Positions 46,601-59,700 of a stretch of DNA of 64,000 nucleotides are shown here, piece by piece (position 1 is the first letter of the stretch; every line of letters begins with the position of its first letter). Both the position numbers and the translations under genes were made by a program. The stretch comes from Selaginella moellendorffii (lineage: Eukaryota > Plantae > Lycopodiophyta). The notes below the pieces were generated by a model, which was given only the letters and a program-made list of their open reading frames with translations, searched no databases and was not told the DNA's origin. Where the stretch lies: contig NW_003314265.1 of the NCBI RefSeq assembly GCF_000143415.4, positions 3,530,443 to 3,594,442 on the forward strand, in the 5' to 3' direction.

Positions 46601-46931
46601 CATCGCTCTGCTTGATCTCCGCATCGCTTTGGACCTTCACTGGAGGAGGGATTTGGGGCAGCGGCTGTGCAGCCTTGGAGAGCTATGCGAGAAGAGAAGA
46701 AAGATTGGAGATTCGAAAATCAGGAATTCCGCCAGCATACCTGCATTCGCATGAGGAGATCGGAGCTGTGCTTCTGGACATGACGATTCTTGGCGAAGTG
46801 ATCCCGAGCCTCTTGGACGCGCGCGCGATCCTCGTCGCTGCCGAGGGCCTCGTCGTAGCACCAGATCTGGCGGCCGACGAGATCGTTGAGAGTGCTAAGG
46901 GGGGCCGCGGAAGAAGAATCGCCAGCGCTGG
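43689..46931 (-). CDS. 2,3-oxidosqualene cyclase copy 2 (inverted duplicate with altered active site; start codon lies in the gap)
   Basis: Same exon structure as copy 1. DCTAE and MWCHCR are retained, but it has [24 protein letters not shown] and SEIFGN. C-terminus is extended by about 14 aa. Confidence 0.9.
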
Positions 46932-47063
46932 NNNNNNNNNNNNNNNNNNNNNNNNNNNNNNNNNNNNNNNNNNNNNNNNNNNNNNNNNNNNNNNNNNNNN
47001 NNNNNNNNNNNNNNNNNNNNNNNNNNNNNNNNNNNNNNNNNNNNNNNNNNNNNNNNNNNNNNN
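46932..47063. other. Assembly gap (N run)
   Basis: Run of n characters that covers the first codons and proximal promoter of OSC copy 2. Confidence 1.
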
Positions 47064-47779
47064 GCAATGACTTTTGGACCACATGGCGTATTACTCAAAT
47101 ATTATAATGTATACATATAGGTAATATCGACGTAACTCATTTTTACCAGTGAGACTTGAGCTGTGGCTAAAATGCAATCCTAGATACCCATGGTACTTTT
47201 CCATTTTGCTTAATTGTTTATGGGCATGTGTGTTGGAGTCCCGAATTTCTCGTCAACTTGCGGTGGTTGGTTGGCATTGTTCTTTTGTAAATTCAAAACC
47301 AGGAATCTGTACTGTCTTGAACACTTCTATTCATCTTACTAACATACTTCAGGATTCTTCTCATCATGTCTTCAGGTTTAGCACTCTGCCTTTTTTGCAC
47401 TTATTTAGATAGTGTTACCCTAGTGTATATTCTTGTTTTATTTAAAGAATTTTGAGCTCTTCTCTTTTGGCGGCTACTTTTAGGCGGATGGATTGGATTT
47501 TGCAAGAATGTGGCTTAAATACTTCACTTTTGACTTTGCAAATTTATATTTGCTCTTTTTCATAACTTCTAAGAGCGACTAGAAATATAAGAACAAGTGA
47601 TATCACATGAGTGCTTCTTCGTAGGCACCATGCTATCAAACAACACATTCCATATATGTATGGCAATCAATTTTTCCTCTGGCTCTGCCCCATGCAACCT
47701 GGCAACCACGAACTACGAAATAGAAACCTTTAACGTTTTAAGGTTGCAGAATTTATTTTCCAAACAAGCTTAGAATTTT

Positions 47780-50700
47780 TTACATGGTACTAGTAGCGGC
47801 GATTCTCTTGGCGGCTCGCGAGACCCCATTCTTTTTCGCTTCCCTGCTCACGAAAAAGGTGAGAGCGTCGTTATGTACCTGGTAGATGTAGCAGTGCCAC
47901 GGTTGCTTGGCGTGCCACAACGCTTGCTCCAGGAACGCCGCCGCCTCCACAGCGTCAGTACGAGCACACCACACCACGTCCGCCGCCGGCTCCACGTATG
48001 CAGGCGAGGCCACGTATCCCAGGCTCTCGTACCCAGCCGGAGCTCTCGGCTTCCATATCGTCACTGGCTCGTATCCATCCTTCCAGTTCCTCCACACCTT
48101 TTGGAAAGTTTTCCCAACACGAGTGAGTTTAGAGTTTGGAAGAAAGTGAAGAGTTTTCATACCAGATCGAAGCCTGTTGGAAGAGCAAACATGCCATCGT
48201 TGTTGTTCTTGTAGGACACCGTCACCGTGGGTGGATTCGTGCCGTGGTATGCAATGTCTCCAATGGAGACATAGCTACGCAAAGAAAGACCAATAGTTAA
48301 AACTACACAACTTGATCCTTTTGAGTGCTAGCTCGCTTACCCGTCGGGAACAATCGGCCGCCATATAGTACATTGTACTCCACAGTCAGCTCCCTATACG
48401 ATGGAAGAATTCAGGGCCTTCCAATTAGAAGAAAAAAGTGTTTTACGTACCGCTGACGAAAACGTTGTACAGCAAACACCCGAGTCCTGCTCGCTCTTCC
48501 AGATCTGCTCGAAGAGTATGACTTCTTTGGTTGTTATTCGTCCATCGCTTACAGAGGAGTCACTAGCCTCCTCGTCGGTGTCTTTCCTCCTGTCCGACGC
48601 GAGCGCACGCTTCGATGCTCTCGGGGTTGGCATTGATCTTGTCTGCTGCCATTTTCTCATCTGATAAATATAATAAAAAGCTCAGAAATAAACTTACGAC
48701 CGCCTAGATCTTGTTTGAAATTACCTGTGACATAACCGTTTGTCTGTCAGGACCATACTTGTTCCACCTCGACCGGATGGAATCCAGGATTAGCTCCGTC
48801 GTACGCATGTCCGTACCCTCTGTTGAGCATTTGATAACTTGAGCGAAAGTTTTCGGATCGTTGCGAAGGTGTAGAACGACATAGCAGGTTGACTGCCCTC
48901 CTTTAGCTGTTTCTACAGATAGAAGTTCCATGTAAGGAATTTCCCATATAATTTTGCAAGGATTTGAGGGAGACACGTTGCGAATAGATTTGTACGAGCC
49001 TGGTTGCTGCAGCGACAGATAAACAACATTTCAGATTTTATGGCAGCAGTATTATGTGCGTACCGTGATCAAAATTATTCGACGATTTGTTATCAAAACC
49101 ACTCGGTTTTCTGGCACGTCAAAGTGATCCTCATAGAAATCGCTCAGAGAAAATTTTGCCGGGTCTTTAAACACGACATTTTGCCCGAAGTTGTGGTCTT
49201 CGGCAAGTTGCAGCATTGCCTGATTACACTTACAATTAGAACACCGAACAAAAGGAAAGAACGACAGACGAAAAACACAAAACTCACCTGTCCCAGAGCA
49301 GCTCTCTCGTCATACGGTAGGAGCACACCGTCACTACGTATTGCTCTCGGCAAACGTACTCTTGTCAAGTTCCGTTCATGCGTGAACACTTCAAAACATC
49401 TTGTATAGCTTATGTTCACTCCATCCACGGTAAGAGCAATAAAGTCCAGCACACCACTGAGAGGCTGGAATACAAAACCCGTGAAAGCCTTCCCAATTCC
49501 TTGGAAGAAACCGACGAAACCATTTTCTCGAGCGCTGTTGCAAGGCTTCTTTACCACACCTGATAATCCAAAAGCAAAACCGCGTGCCAGTGCCTCGCCA
49601 CCACGAAGTAAACCATCACCAACACCAGAGACATGCTTGAGCCGATCCTAGGGAAAAAATCCAAAAGTTAAAAGTGCACAAGAACGAACTAGAATGCAGC
49701 ATCCGTACCTGTTTCAAACGAACTTGTTGAAACTTCTCATCCCGCGAGAGGTCTGCGGCACTCTTACTTAAAGTTTCGAGTGTAGAACTCGCAACACCAA
49801 ACATATTGACACCTAGAAGAAGTTGAAGCGCTTGATGAACCAAGTCTTTGCGTATATGATTTAATACAGCCGTTGACACCTCGCTCTGTCTCATGTATCG
49901 GTTCTCCAATGTCACTCCAGAAAGATGGATCTATAAAACAATACGACCATCAGCCACAAGAAGGACAGAAAGACAAGAAAGGAAATACCGCCATCTTGCT
50001 CGTGTTTCCAGCTAATGATACCAAGGGGCTCCATATCCCGAGTACACCCCGAGGTCGCAAACCAGGCTCCGTTTGCAAAGTAACTCTTAGGTGAGCTTCT
50101 GAGATGTCGATTAAGCTGGGTCACAAAACAGTCTTAGAACAAATAAAAAAGTTGAGATATATACTTGGTTCTAATTTCCGGATCTGCTTCGACAGTTTGT
50201 GAATCCGAGGAAAGCGAATCCAGTTGAATGTTGTTGTACATTCCTATTGCTGTCCATATAACTGGTTCGTGTACGTTGATTCGCCAAGCTCTTTTCGTAA
50301 CCTATAAAAGGTAGAAAAGATGATCATTCAATGCATCAATACGAGCTCGAGTCTTACCCAAAAGCCAACATACGGGTACACCTTTGTACCTTCTTCCTTG
50401 TCATTTAGAAGAATGACGGAAGCTTTTAAAACGTTTTCGTCCGATGAAAGTCCTCTACTGTCCGGTGCAAAAATAACCGGCGAGGCCGACAATATATTCT
50501 GATCGTCTAGTTGGAGATATTTAAAACGTACTTTGAATCTGCAACCAAAGTGAGATGTGAAATAAACTCAACTCCTTATTACCTTGTAGTGTTCTCTTGG
50601 AAACTGTTGAGAATGGAGAACTTAAAGTTTTCCATGTAGAGGTAAAATATTTCCTGCGGCCTTTGGTCGATGATAGAGAAACCCAGTTTCCCAATATCCA

Positions 50701-53700
50701 GGACAATCTTAAGTTGATCCGTTGCCTCCTTCGGTTGAAGCAACTGCTCATCCTCTACTGCTTCAGATGGCTCTTGTTGCTTCTCATCACTATCTGTGAG
50801 TTTTATCAGCTTAAACCCGTGAAGCACCAATCCTCGAATATGGACATCTAGCGTGCTTGTTTCTTCAAGTTTGTCAAGGTCATATTTATGAATCTTATCC
50901 TCAGGAACTCCCTCCGGCAGCAACTCTAAAATGTGTTGTCCACTCGGATGTTTTAAAGCAAAAGATCTGGTGCAGTTTGGATAAAGAAGTTCCCAATCAT
51001 CACCAGAAGTTCCCAGCTGCCGAAACCGAAGCCTCTTTTGTCTCGTCCGATTTTCAATCCTGCCGATTCAGAAATATTCAACATCCTCGTAAAAGGCTGC
51101 AAAACGATACATACCGGTAAGGCCCTCGTAGTGATCCACGACGAAACACTAGCACAAACTTGGATCCTTCCTGATGACTACGAACCTCCACCCGTATAAA
51201 ATACTTCTTCTTATCATCGCCTTGCACGTAAAAATGAATAGTTTCTTCTTGCTCAATTTTTATAGGATAAGACCACTGCGAAGACTCTGTGCGCACCTGT
51301 TCATACCCACGATTTATCACAGGGTGAAAGGCCGAATGCAATTAATTACCTGAAGCGACAACGTCTCACTTATAGAAGAAACTGGGAAGGCCGTCCTCCA
51401 GTCATATGAGTTGAGCTTGCAAGGCTCTTCTTGAGACGCTTGCTTCATGAATAGCTCAGCACCAAATCTATTGGTGAACGTGATGAACGGCCTTATCGTG
51501 ACGACCTACGAAAGAGAAGGTTTATGACAGAAGACGAACCATTGCAAACATACCTTCGTGTGTGCAAATTTTATTGGACACAATGCTGTGGTTACCAAGA
51601 GCCTGAAATAACATTTCCCGTCGGTCGCGACTACTTCAACAGCGCCATCCTGTATCACAAAAACACGTATAACGGGAGCAGAAAGCAGCTAGCAAAAGGA
51701 CATACCGATTTGTCAAGGTCTGCCAGGGGTGAGACAGCGCCAAAAGTATCTGAAGCGAGAGAGGCGGCCATGCCACTGGACTTCGGAGTAAACGGAGAGA
51801 TCATTGTGAACGGGCTCCGCAGCTCACTGTATGGGATGTCATCCAAAACTTCTTCACTCGTAGAAGAGACTGTACTAGGCAGACAACCCGTGCTCGATCG
51901 ACTATCAATGTCCACAACTTTAAGCCGCAGCGGTGGGCATCTAGCACAGTCAATCCAGAATGGCACGGAGATTCGTAACACTTTTCCTGTCACCTCCTCT
52001 TCGTAGTCATATTCAATATGAACTTTGATCTTCCTGTAGAATTACGTTGTTGCAAAGATGATTTGATTTAAACTAGCTGTAACACTTGCCTTTTAGTAGA
52101 TAAGTTCTCCAGGATCATGTCCTTCGCGACATCCCAGAAAGGATGTGAAATCAAGACCAAGTCCTGCAGGAGGAGCAACGACAACGTTAACACAGTACTA
52201 TCCTGCCTCGTTAAACCTGACCTTTGTTGGATGCCAGGAGCCTTCTGGAACGAACGACAAATACACCGGTCTTCTCACATCAGCGTTGTAAATTTCCGCT
52301 ACCTCACCCGATAAGACCACTCCTTTATCTTGCATTCGGTAACCTCTGATACGCGAGGAGTCATGCACTGAGTACTCAGCTGATACTGGGAGATGGTTGA
52401 CAATCTTCAATGGAGCACTGAGCATCAGCTGACAGTCTCGTACAGGTCCAATATATGCATCCTTTCCAATGTCGGTGTAGTTGACGTCCAAGCAGAACCA
52501 CATACTTCTTGCAGCTGCTCCCGCACTGGCAGCTTCCAAGAGGCAGCTGGAAAGGAACTGATCCGTGAGCAAAGAGCGAACGTTGATATCTTGTGCAGGC
52601 AGTTTTTTCTGGCCTCGTGTCTGACATAAAACTGCCTGAGTCCAACCATATCCGTCAAACTGTGGCCTTAGTTGCAAAGAGTAATCCTGCCTCGCCTCTC
52701 GGAAACATGCTAAAGGCATCCCAATCACTTCGCCGGGTTTAATTGACCCCAATATGCATCGAGAGCTTTCCAAGCTCGAAGTCCGTTCTCTCGTACGTAA
52801 CCATCGTCGCCTTCGTACAAAATTGAGTTTGCCAACGTAGTTTCCTCCAGGAAAATCTGTCAGCGCTTGGAAACTGAAGCCATGGACCCATCCGTCCGGA
52901 TCCAACACTGAAGTATCTACAAACCAATCACTACTCCATTCCCAGCCCAAAGGAAGCTCGACTTGTGGAAACTCCTGAAGAAAATTCAAAGTCAGAAAAG
53001 TGGAAGAGCAAACAATAGATATCGATACTTAACTTGAGAAGATCCTGAAAGGTCCCTCTTGCTCCACCGTCCGGGATCCAACGGCAAAAGATGTCCCGGC
53101 CATGAACTTCCCCAACCAAGCATTGGTTGAAATCGCTCATTCTCAAATACTTCTTCAGATATTGTATCATTCTCCTGAGAATCTTGGTTGGCAGAATGCG
53201 GGAAGAGCGATACTTCCATGGTAACGGAGGTGTTGTTTTGAAGTCTAACCAGGGACCTTACTGTGAGATGCTTCACTCCACCAATAACTCCAAGTTCACT
53301 TGCAGCAGCTTCGCTTCCAATTTTCAGGTAGGAACTTCTCGAAGCAAGAGTCAGGCACAGTTTAGTCCAAGGACCGTCTGGAGAAGATCCGACTTGAATT
53401 GTTCCCGGATCAAGGCCAGTCCTTTCTACGTTTCGCAGATTACTATCCTGGAGGCTCCTTGCCATGGAGTGAAACTTATACGCAAATCGAATTTTCCCAA
53501 CAGGATTATGATGATTGACCTGAACAGTCATTGCAGACGAGAAAGAAAATGGCAAAAACGATATTTACCTGGTCCGCGGCTCCAGCAAAAAGATCGGTTT
53601 CCAGAGTGCCAGCGTAAAGTTTTAGCTCTCGCAGTGAAGCTATACAGCAATAACCCGCTGGTGCACCTTATATAATAAAAACGAAGGCAACGTAAGCTCC

Positions 53701-56700
53701 ACAGAACCAGGATTGTCTTACCTTTCGATAGATCCGTGACTAAAGCCTCCATACTATACGCTTGCTGCAAGGATTTGAATGAAAAATGCTTAGCATAAAC
53801 GTGATACTTGCAAAACTTACCACATTTTCAATTGCAAAACTGAACACCTCATTCCATAAGAGAGAAACTCTATCGCCATCAGGACCAGTCTTACCACTGG
53901 GATTCACACACCTCGTGCGAGCACTTTGATACTGAAACTGGTGCTGCTCAGCGGTCTTCAACTGCGGCAGCAGACGGACAGCGACCATGTATTGTCTACC
54001 ACCGAATCCATCGTCTTTCGGTACCTGTGATCGGACAGTGGAGCTAAAAAACATTTGTAAAAACAACAGCAACTATACCTCAGCGTCACATAGCGCCAAC
54101 GTCAAGACTGTCACGGACTTCCGTCTGACAGATTCGTTGGTGAATGGGTCCTGCAAACTCATGACACTCGGTGTTCTGAAAGTTTCAGATTCTCCCGATT
54201 CGATTGGCGTTATTTTTATACTGGAGTCTTCATCCAAATGTCGGCAATAGAACCTCTGGCCAAGGTCGTTATGACATACAATCTGAAGTTTTCTTTCCTG
54301 CACAGTTTGCTTCCTGGCTCCACCCCGTCCCTAGCAACAATCATGTGAGTCTGACCCTGCGTATACTACAAAATACCTTGGGTGCCGCGTCCATGCTAAC
54401 AAGCTTATTCCAGCTTGAGTATGCGTCTAGCAACATGTTGAGGTTTGCGGTCGAAACATTGATATTTAAGTCGCTTGTCGCTGCTACACTCACTTGCGAC
54501 TGACTGGAGCACAAAGATGTAGATTCCTTCGTATATCTGAATAAGAAAGACATTAGCCAAATCCCAAACAAATACAAACTTACTTACCTCACATAGCCTT
54601 CCGTCTGCTCAACCAGAGGCTCCCAAGCGTCACACCGTCCATTGTAAGAAGTAGCAACCATCGAAAAATGTGCAGTAGATTCCATTGCATCAGGTGTTCC
54701 GTGCACGCTACCGGTTAATCCGTTCAGTGAAACATTGACAAGAGGTGCTACCTGTAAAATACAAAACGTAAGATAAAAAAACAGGTGAAGCCTACCGTTA
54801 CCATTCCGCCAAAATCATCAAATATAGTCGCGGAGACTCGTCGAATTTCGCCATCACCGACTAAATTGTCAGTATTACTTTGATTTCCAATGTCCTTAAG
54901 CTTAAAAGCCAACTGCTTTGGAGGCGCTTCTTGAGTGATATTAGTAACAAAAGTCGCCGCCTTAGACTGTCAAGATACACATTAGAAGTAGAAGGCTTTT
55001 GCAACCATTTTTTACCTCGTGGTCCATAGTTTGCAAAGGCCAGATGCTTATGTCGTCGTTCAATCGCTTTACTTGTCTACCGTCCCACAAGCTGGGCGAA
55101 GAAAACTCCGTCTCAAGTACAAAGTCGTTGCGAACACAGCGAATTTTGTCACTAGCCTCAGCATCTAGAGTGTAGCCTCGAATTGCTAGACAGCCGAGAG
55201 CTGCATACCCGGGAGGGGCCACAGGAAACCAAAAGGTTACAGGCTTCAGTCCCTTCTTTTCGTGAATAACACCCATCTTCACAAACTTCAGCGGCTTTTG
55301 TAGTAAGACATTATCCTGAGTGTCTTGAAGGGTGAAAGCCACACTTGGTGGTTCATACCTACAAAAAAGAAAAAGAACTGTCAAACGCTTTTTAAAATAA
55401 AAAGGAGAGTCCCATACCCTTCAACTGCTATGTCGCCAAGGATTACGCATCTCGAAGGTGTTACTGGCCTCCAGATGGAAACACTCTTCTTTGACTTGGC
55501 ACCTTTATCCCACCATATGAGCTTGAAACGAGTAACAGTGGTAAGAAGTACACCGTTGTCTTCATCAGATGAACGAGCACTTTCGCCGCTTGTCTTTGTA
55601 GTGCCAAAACGATCTTCGGCTTTTTCAAGTTCGAAAGCAACGTGCCGGAGCTCGTAGATTCTAGAGCTATGAGGTTTCCTGAGCGCAGAAATGGGGAAGA
55701 AAGACGCGCTCGAATTATCAGCGCGCCAAAATGCCCACTCCTGCTCAGTAGTGCCGTTCACCTGGATGCAGTCCCTCATGTACCATTCCGTGACAAGCTG
55801 CTTGAGCACGCACAGTGTTGGACTTGCCGACGGAGGACTTCGTCCGATTGATGCTACGCAACCCAAAACAACGTAGCCTTCGGGTGCTATAGGCAGCCAC
55901 ACACAGCACTGCTCACTGTCATCTTCATTTGCGGACGAGGACCAGACGAGTCGAAAGTCTACCGGCTTCTTGAGATGCACAAGGTTCATATTCATCGCAA
56001 TCACGCCTTTGGAAGGCGGCTCATCCCTGTAAAGGAGTTGCATGAGCAAGGATTAAAATACACGAAAACAGAGTACTTACACAACAGTCAAGCAATCACC
56101 AAGAACAGTAAAGCCTGGAGGTGCGCGCGGTCGCCAGAACGTTATCTGGGAAGAGCCACTTCTTACTGCTTAAAAAACATCTAAGTCCAATGTTGATGGA
56201 ACTTAAAGATACTACCTTCATCGGCCCATATCCTGTCGAACTCAGTACATTCGACAGCAATCTTTTTCGAAGTAAGTAGTATTAGAGATTGTGCATCCTC
56301 TTGTAGTTTAAGGATAAGCTGAATCATACTGAAGGTCAAGTTGCAAACCACGTCCGACATTGTCGCGTGCAGATTTTGCTTCGTGGACACCTTTGAGTAC
56401 CGGCAATTGGTGTCTACAGGTTCCAAAACATAAATTCCCCTCCGACCTTGAATACAAAAGTTGTTGGCTTTTGCAGATACTTCGAGATCGTCTCCTTTCA
56501 TTACAAGCCTTGAAAAAAAATAAAAAGAAAAATAAAAATAAAAATATGAGAGACAGAAATAACAGGAATTCTCTACCTCGAAAAGATATCCATTTTCGCA
56601 AAGAGCAGCTGATCTTTAATATCTGAAGAACTGCCTCCAGACGTATGCATCACAAGTTCTGGGCCTATTGCCTACAAAAAATCATGAGAAGAGAATACGT

Positions 56701-59700
56701 GATGATTTAGACATACCTGTAAGTCGAAAGTGAGTTCAGCCTTTGTTGACGTGTTGTTTTTCTTGTTGGCACTTTCATCATCACCTTCTGGAGGTTGCTC
56801 GTCCTTCCATTCAAAAAAGACGCCATCATGTTTGGAAGCGGAGTACGAGCTGTTGCTACCCAGCAAGACGAAGCGATCCAGACAGCGGGCATTCTGTAAA
56901 GAGATGGTGTTAGAATAGTAGAAAATCAACAAGCCACGCGAGAGCTTACCTCAATAACCACGTTCCTAAACCGAAGTGACTTTCCATGGCCGACTACGAC
57001 AAGAGGCCCTTCAAAAGAATCGCCTACAGGATCTCCGCTAGCGTCTGTCAACCGGATACGACCGCCTCCTCCGTCATAAATATAAATCTCAATATTCTCG
57101 TCGTCTGCCACAAGAGCATGCTTCGGTGACAAGGTAACCTCGTCAGAATCTTGAAAGTACGGAGATTTGTGCAGGAACAGCCAGTTCTTCATGTCGAAAG
57201 GAAGCTCGTCATTGCCTCCGGTATTGCTCCCTAGTACGTCAGCAATGGAAGGAATAAAGAACTCCGCAACAGCCAGGAGAAAATCTAAAGCCAATAAAAC
57301 TCGAGGTCGTTGTATCCGCAAAGTGATCATTTGGGAAGCTGGATTTAGTTTGGCGTCCAAGACCAGCATCACAAGACGCGAACCTTCAATTTCGTCTCTG
57401 TTCAGTAGGTTTGAATCATCACTAGCCATTCCAACCATAAACTTTAGCTCCGGCTCTATGCCTTCACGATCATCAGAAACGTTCAGAAAATCAAGGCTGG
57501 CCATGATATATTGTTCCTCATTACTGGACATCTTATAAGCTGCCCAGACACCACTAACCTGTAATAGCTTTTGTTACATAAAACAGAAAAGATGTCGAAA
57601 GTACCTGTATGCTGGCTAGTGGCGTATATTGCGTTCTTCCAATGAATACAGCCAGCTCTATTATGGAGACGTCGACCGTCAGCTTGAGAGTTGTCCAGAC
57701 CTCCGAGGAATTGCTCGCAGATGTGCTACCTTCTTGCACATCTTTCGTTTCAGTATGTGGAGCCTCCTCCTTCTCCTCCTCTTTCTGCTCCTCTTTCTGC
57801 TCCTCTTTCTCCTCCTCTTTCTCCTCCGCTTTCTCCTTCCCTTTTCCTGGCTGGCATACAGGAGGTGACAGATTTGGTGCTTCAGATAGATTACTGGTAC
57901 AACAGTCTATCATAAGCTGGTACTCCTTGTCTGACATTGCTGCTTTCAGCAGTTGAACCTGAACTCACGGTTAAGGACTCATACAAAGAAAACAAACATA
58001 CCTCGACTGATGCATCAATCGCTGGGAGCTGTCGCCTGAGGTCGCGCAAGGTCCTTCTCACAGTCACAACCAGGCCACTAGAGTCTTTGATGATATTTTC
58101 TCCAAATTTTCCATTCATAGACACCACGAGATGGATGTTTTCAACCTGCAAATAGGAAAGTGATGACTTTTGAGCTTGTCAATAACTATCATACCTTTAG
58201 AGAAATAAGTTCCAAACGAATGCCTCCTATGTCTTCTTTTCCTCCTCCTAGCCACTGGAACGTATTTATTACATGGATATGAAGTACATCCAGCTCCAAA
58301 AAACTGAACGAGTACAACAGTTGAGCTGAGCAGAACATTCAAAAGAATTAAAAAATACCTATTGCTGTTGGTGTCTTTGGGAAAAATCACGATAGGTTTG
58401 TTCAGCGATAAGTCAAGCTTCATAGCTGGCGCTCCTTGAACCTCAGATTGCGTGAACGTTTTCTCAGCGTCACCAACTTTATCTTTCAGTTTTACTATAT
58501 ATCCAGGATCGGCAGGAACAAGGCCCAAAAAATAAGACGATATCTGCAGATTGTACAAGTATGACCTTGGATCAGAAAGAACAAATCTGAGCACCTACTT
58601 CTTGGATAAACCGATGAAGATATACAACACGAACTTCAGAAAGCTGTCCAGAAAGACTAAACTCGTAGCCCTCGTAATCGTCATCGTCTTCATTGAACGA
58701 AACGAATTCCAACTGCGAGAACTCCGAAATCAACAAACACATGTTGCTTAACCTACACGTACCTCAACAAATGATTTCCCTGCTGGATCACGCATGTCAA
58801 CCAACCAATAATAGGGATGTCCTCCTTTGAGACTGTCATCAGTAATTCGAAGGTTTCCAAGCGTAGCAACAATTGCATAAGATGCGGGAAAAATCTGCAG
58901 TTATTAAAGTGAGCCTTTGCATGCAACAAAACCGTTCGTACCTTCACAGTTACGTGAAGATGTTCTTGAGACAACGTAGCCAGCTGATGCCCGTCATCAC
59001 GATTCAAAACTAGTTGAGCACGATCCATATCCAGAATAAGCAAAAACACCACACGAACTTTTCCTGTGCCAAGTAAACCTTTCACCACCGAGTCCTTTCT
59101 ATCAAACATTGGAACAGATCCACTTTGATGAACGTCTGCTGGAGTTATAAGACTGACGACGTCTTTAGAATCGCCCGGCTCAGACTGTGGAGTGTCGGAT
59201 TTTGGTTCCACAGAAGTGGTTATAGCAGTAACAAAATCCATAAGGGCAACCAGCGTTGGTCGATTAAGATAAAATGCAAGAGTTGCTAATGATACTTTCA
59301 CCTGTAACATACATAAATAACCAAATTGTGAGCTGCTTAACACAGATGTGTACCTGCTTATCGATGTTGCTGTAAGATGTAGCTTCAGGGGCGCTGAGAA
59401 TCACTTGAGCTTTGATAAAACTTTTCAGCTCCTGATCACGTCCAAAAGTTAGTTGGTCCTCTAGAGGAGGAAGCAAATCAGGAGTTCTGACGAACTCGCT
59501 TCTTTTCTCGTGAAAGCTAGAATCCGCATCATAAAACTGTGAAGAAGAACGCCTTGAGAGAACACTTTTACCAGAACCGTCCTCTTGCGATGTCTTTTCG
59601 AAATCGAACTCATCGGAACTGTCAAAGAATCTCTCAGCTGGCGAATTTTCTCTGGCAATGCTCTCTTTCTGCGGATTGTTCAGTTCTGACTCCGATATGG

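Noticed and set aside
27526-46931. Triterpene biosynthetic gene cluster (peroxidase + AKR + two OSCs)
   Set aside because: There is no P450, UGT or acyltransferase nearby, the AKR lacks catalytic residues, and the intervening genes are housekeeping. Proximity alone is not enough.
43689-46931. OSC copy 2 as a mis-assembled allelic haplotype
   Set aside because: The decayed PDI exon copy, the different stop region and about 20% divergence in the central introns are too great for alleles. The adjacent gap still warrants a long-read check.
57770-57830. 12-nt tandem repeat (EEKEEQK)
   Set aside because: An ordinary low-complexity insert in a VPS13 loop.
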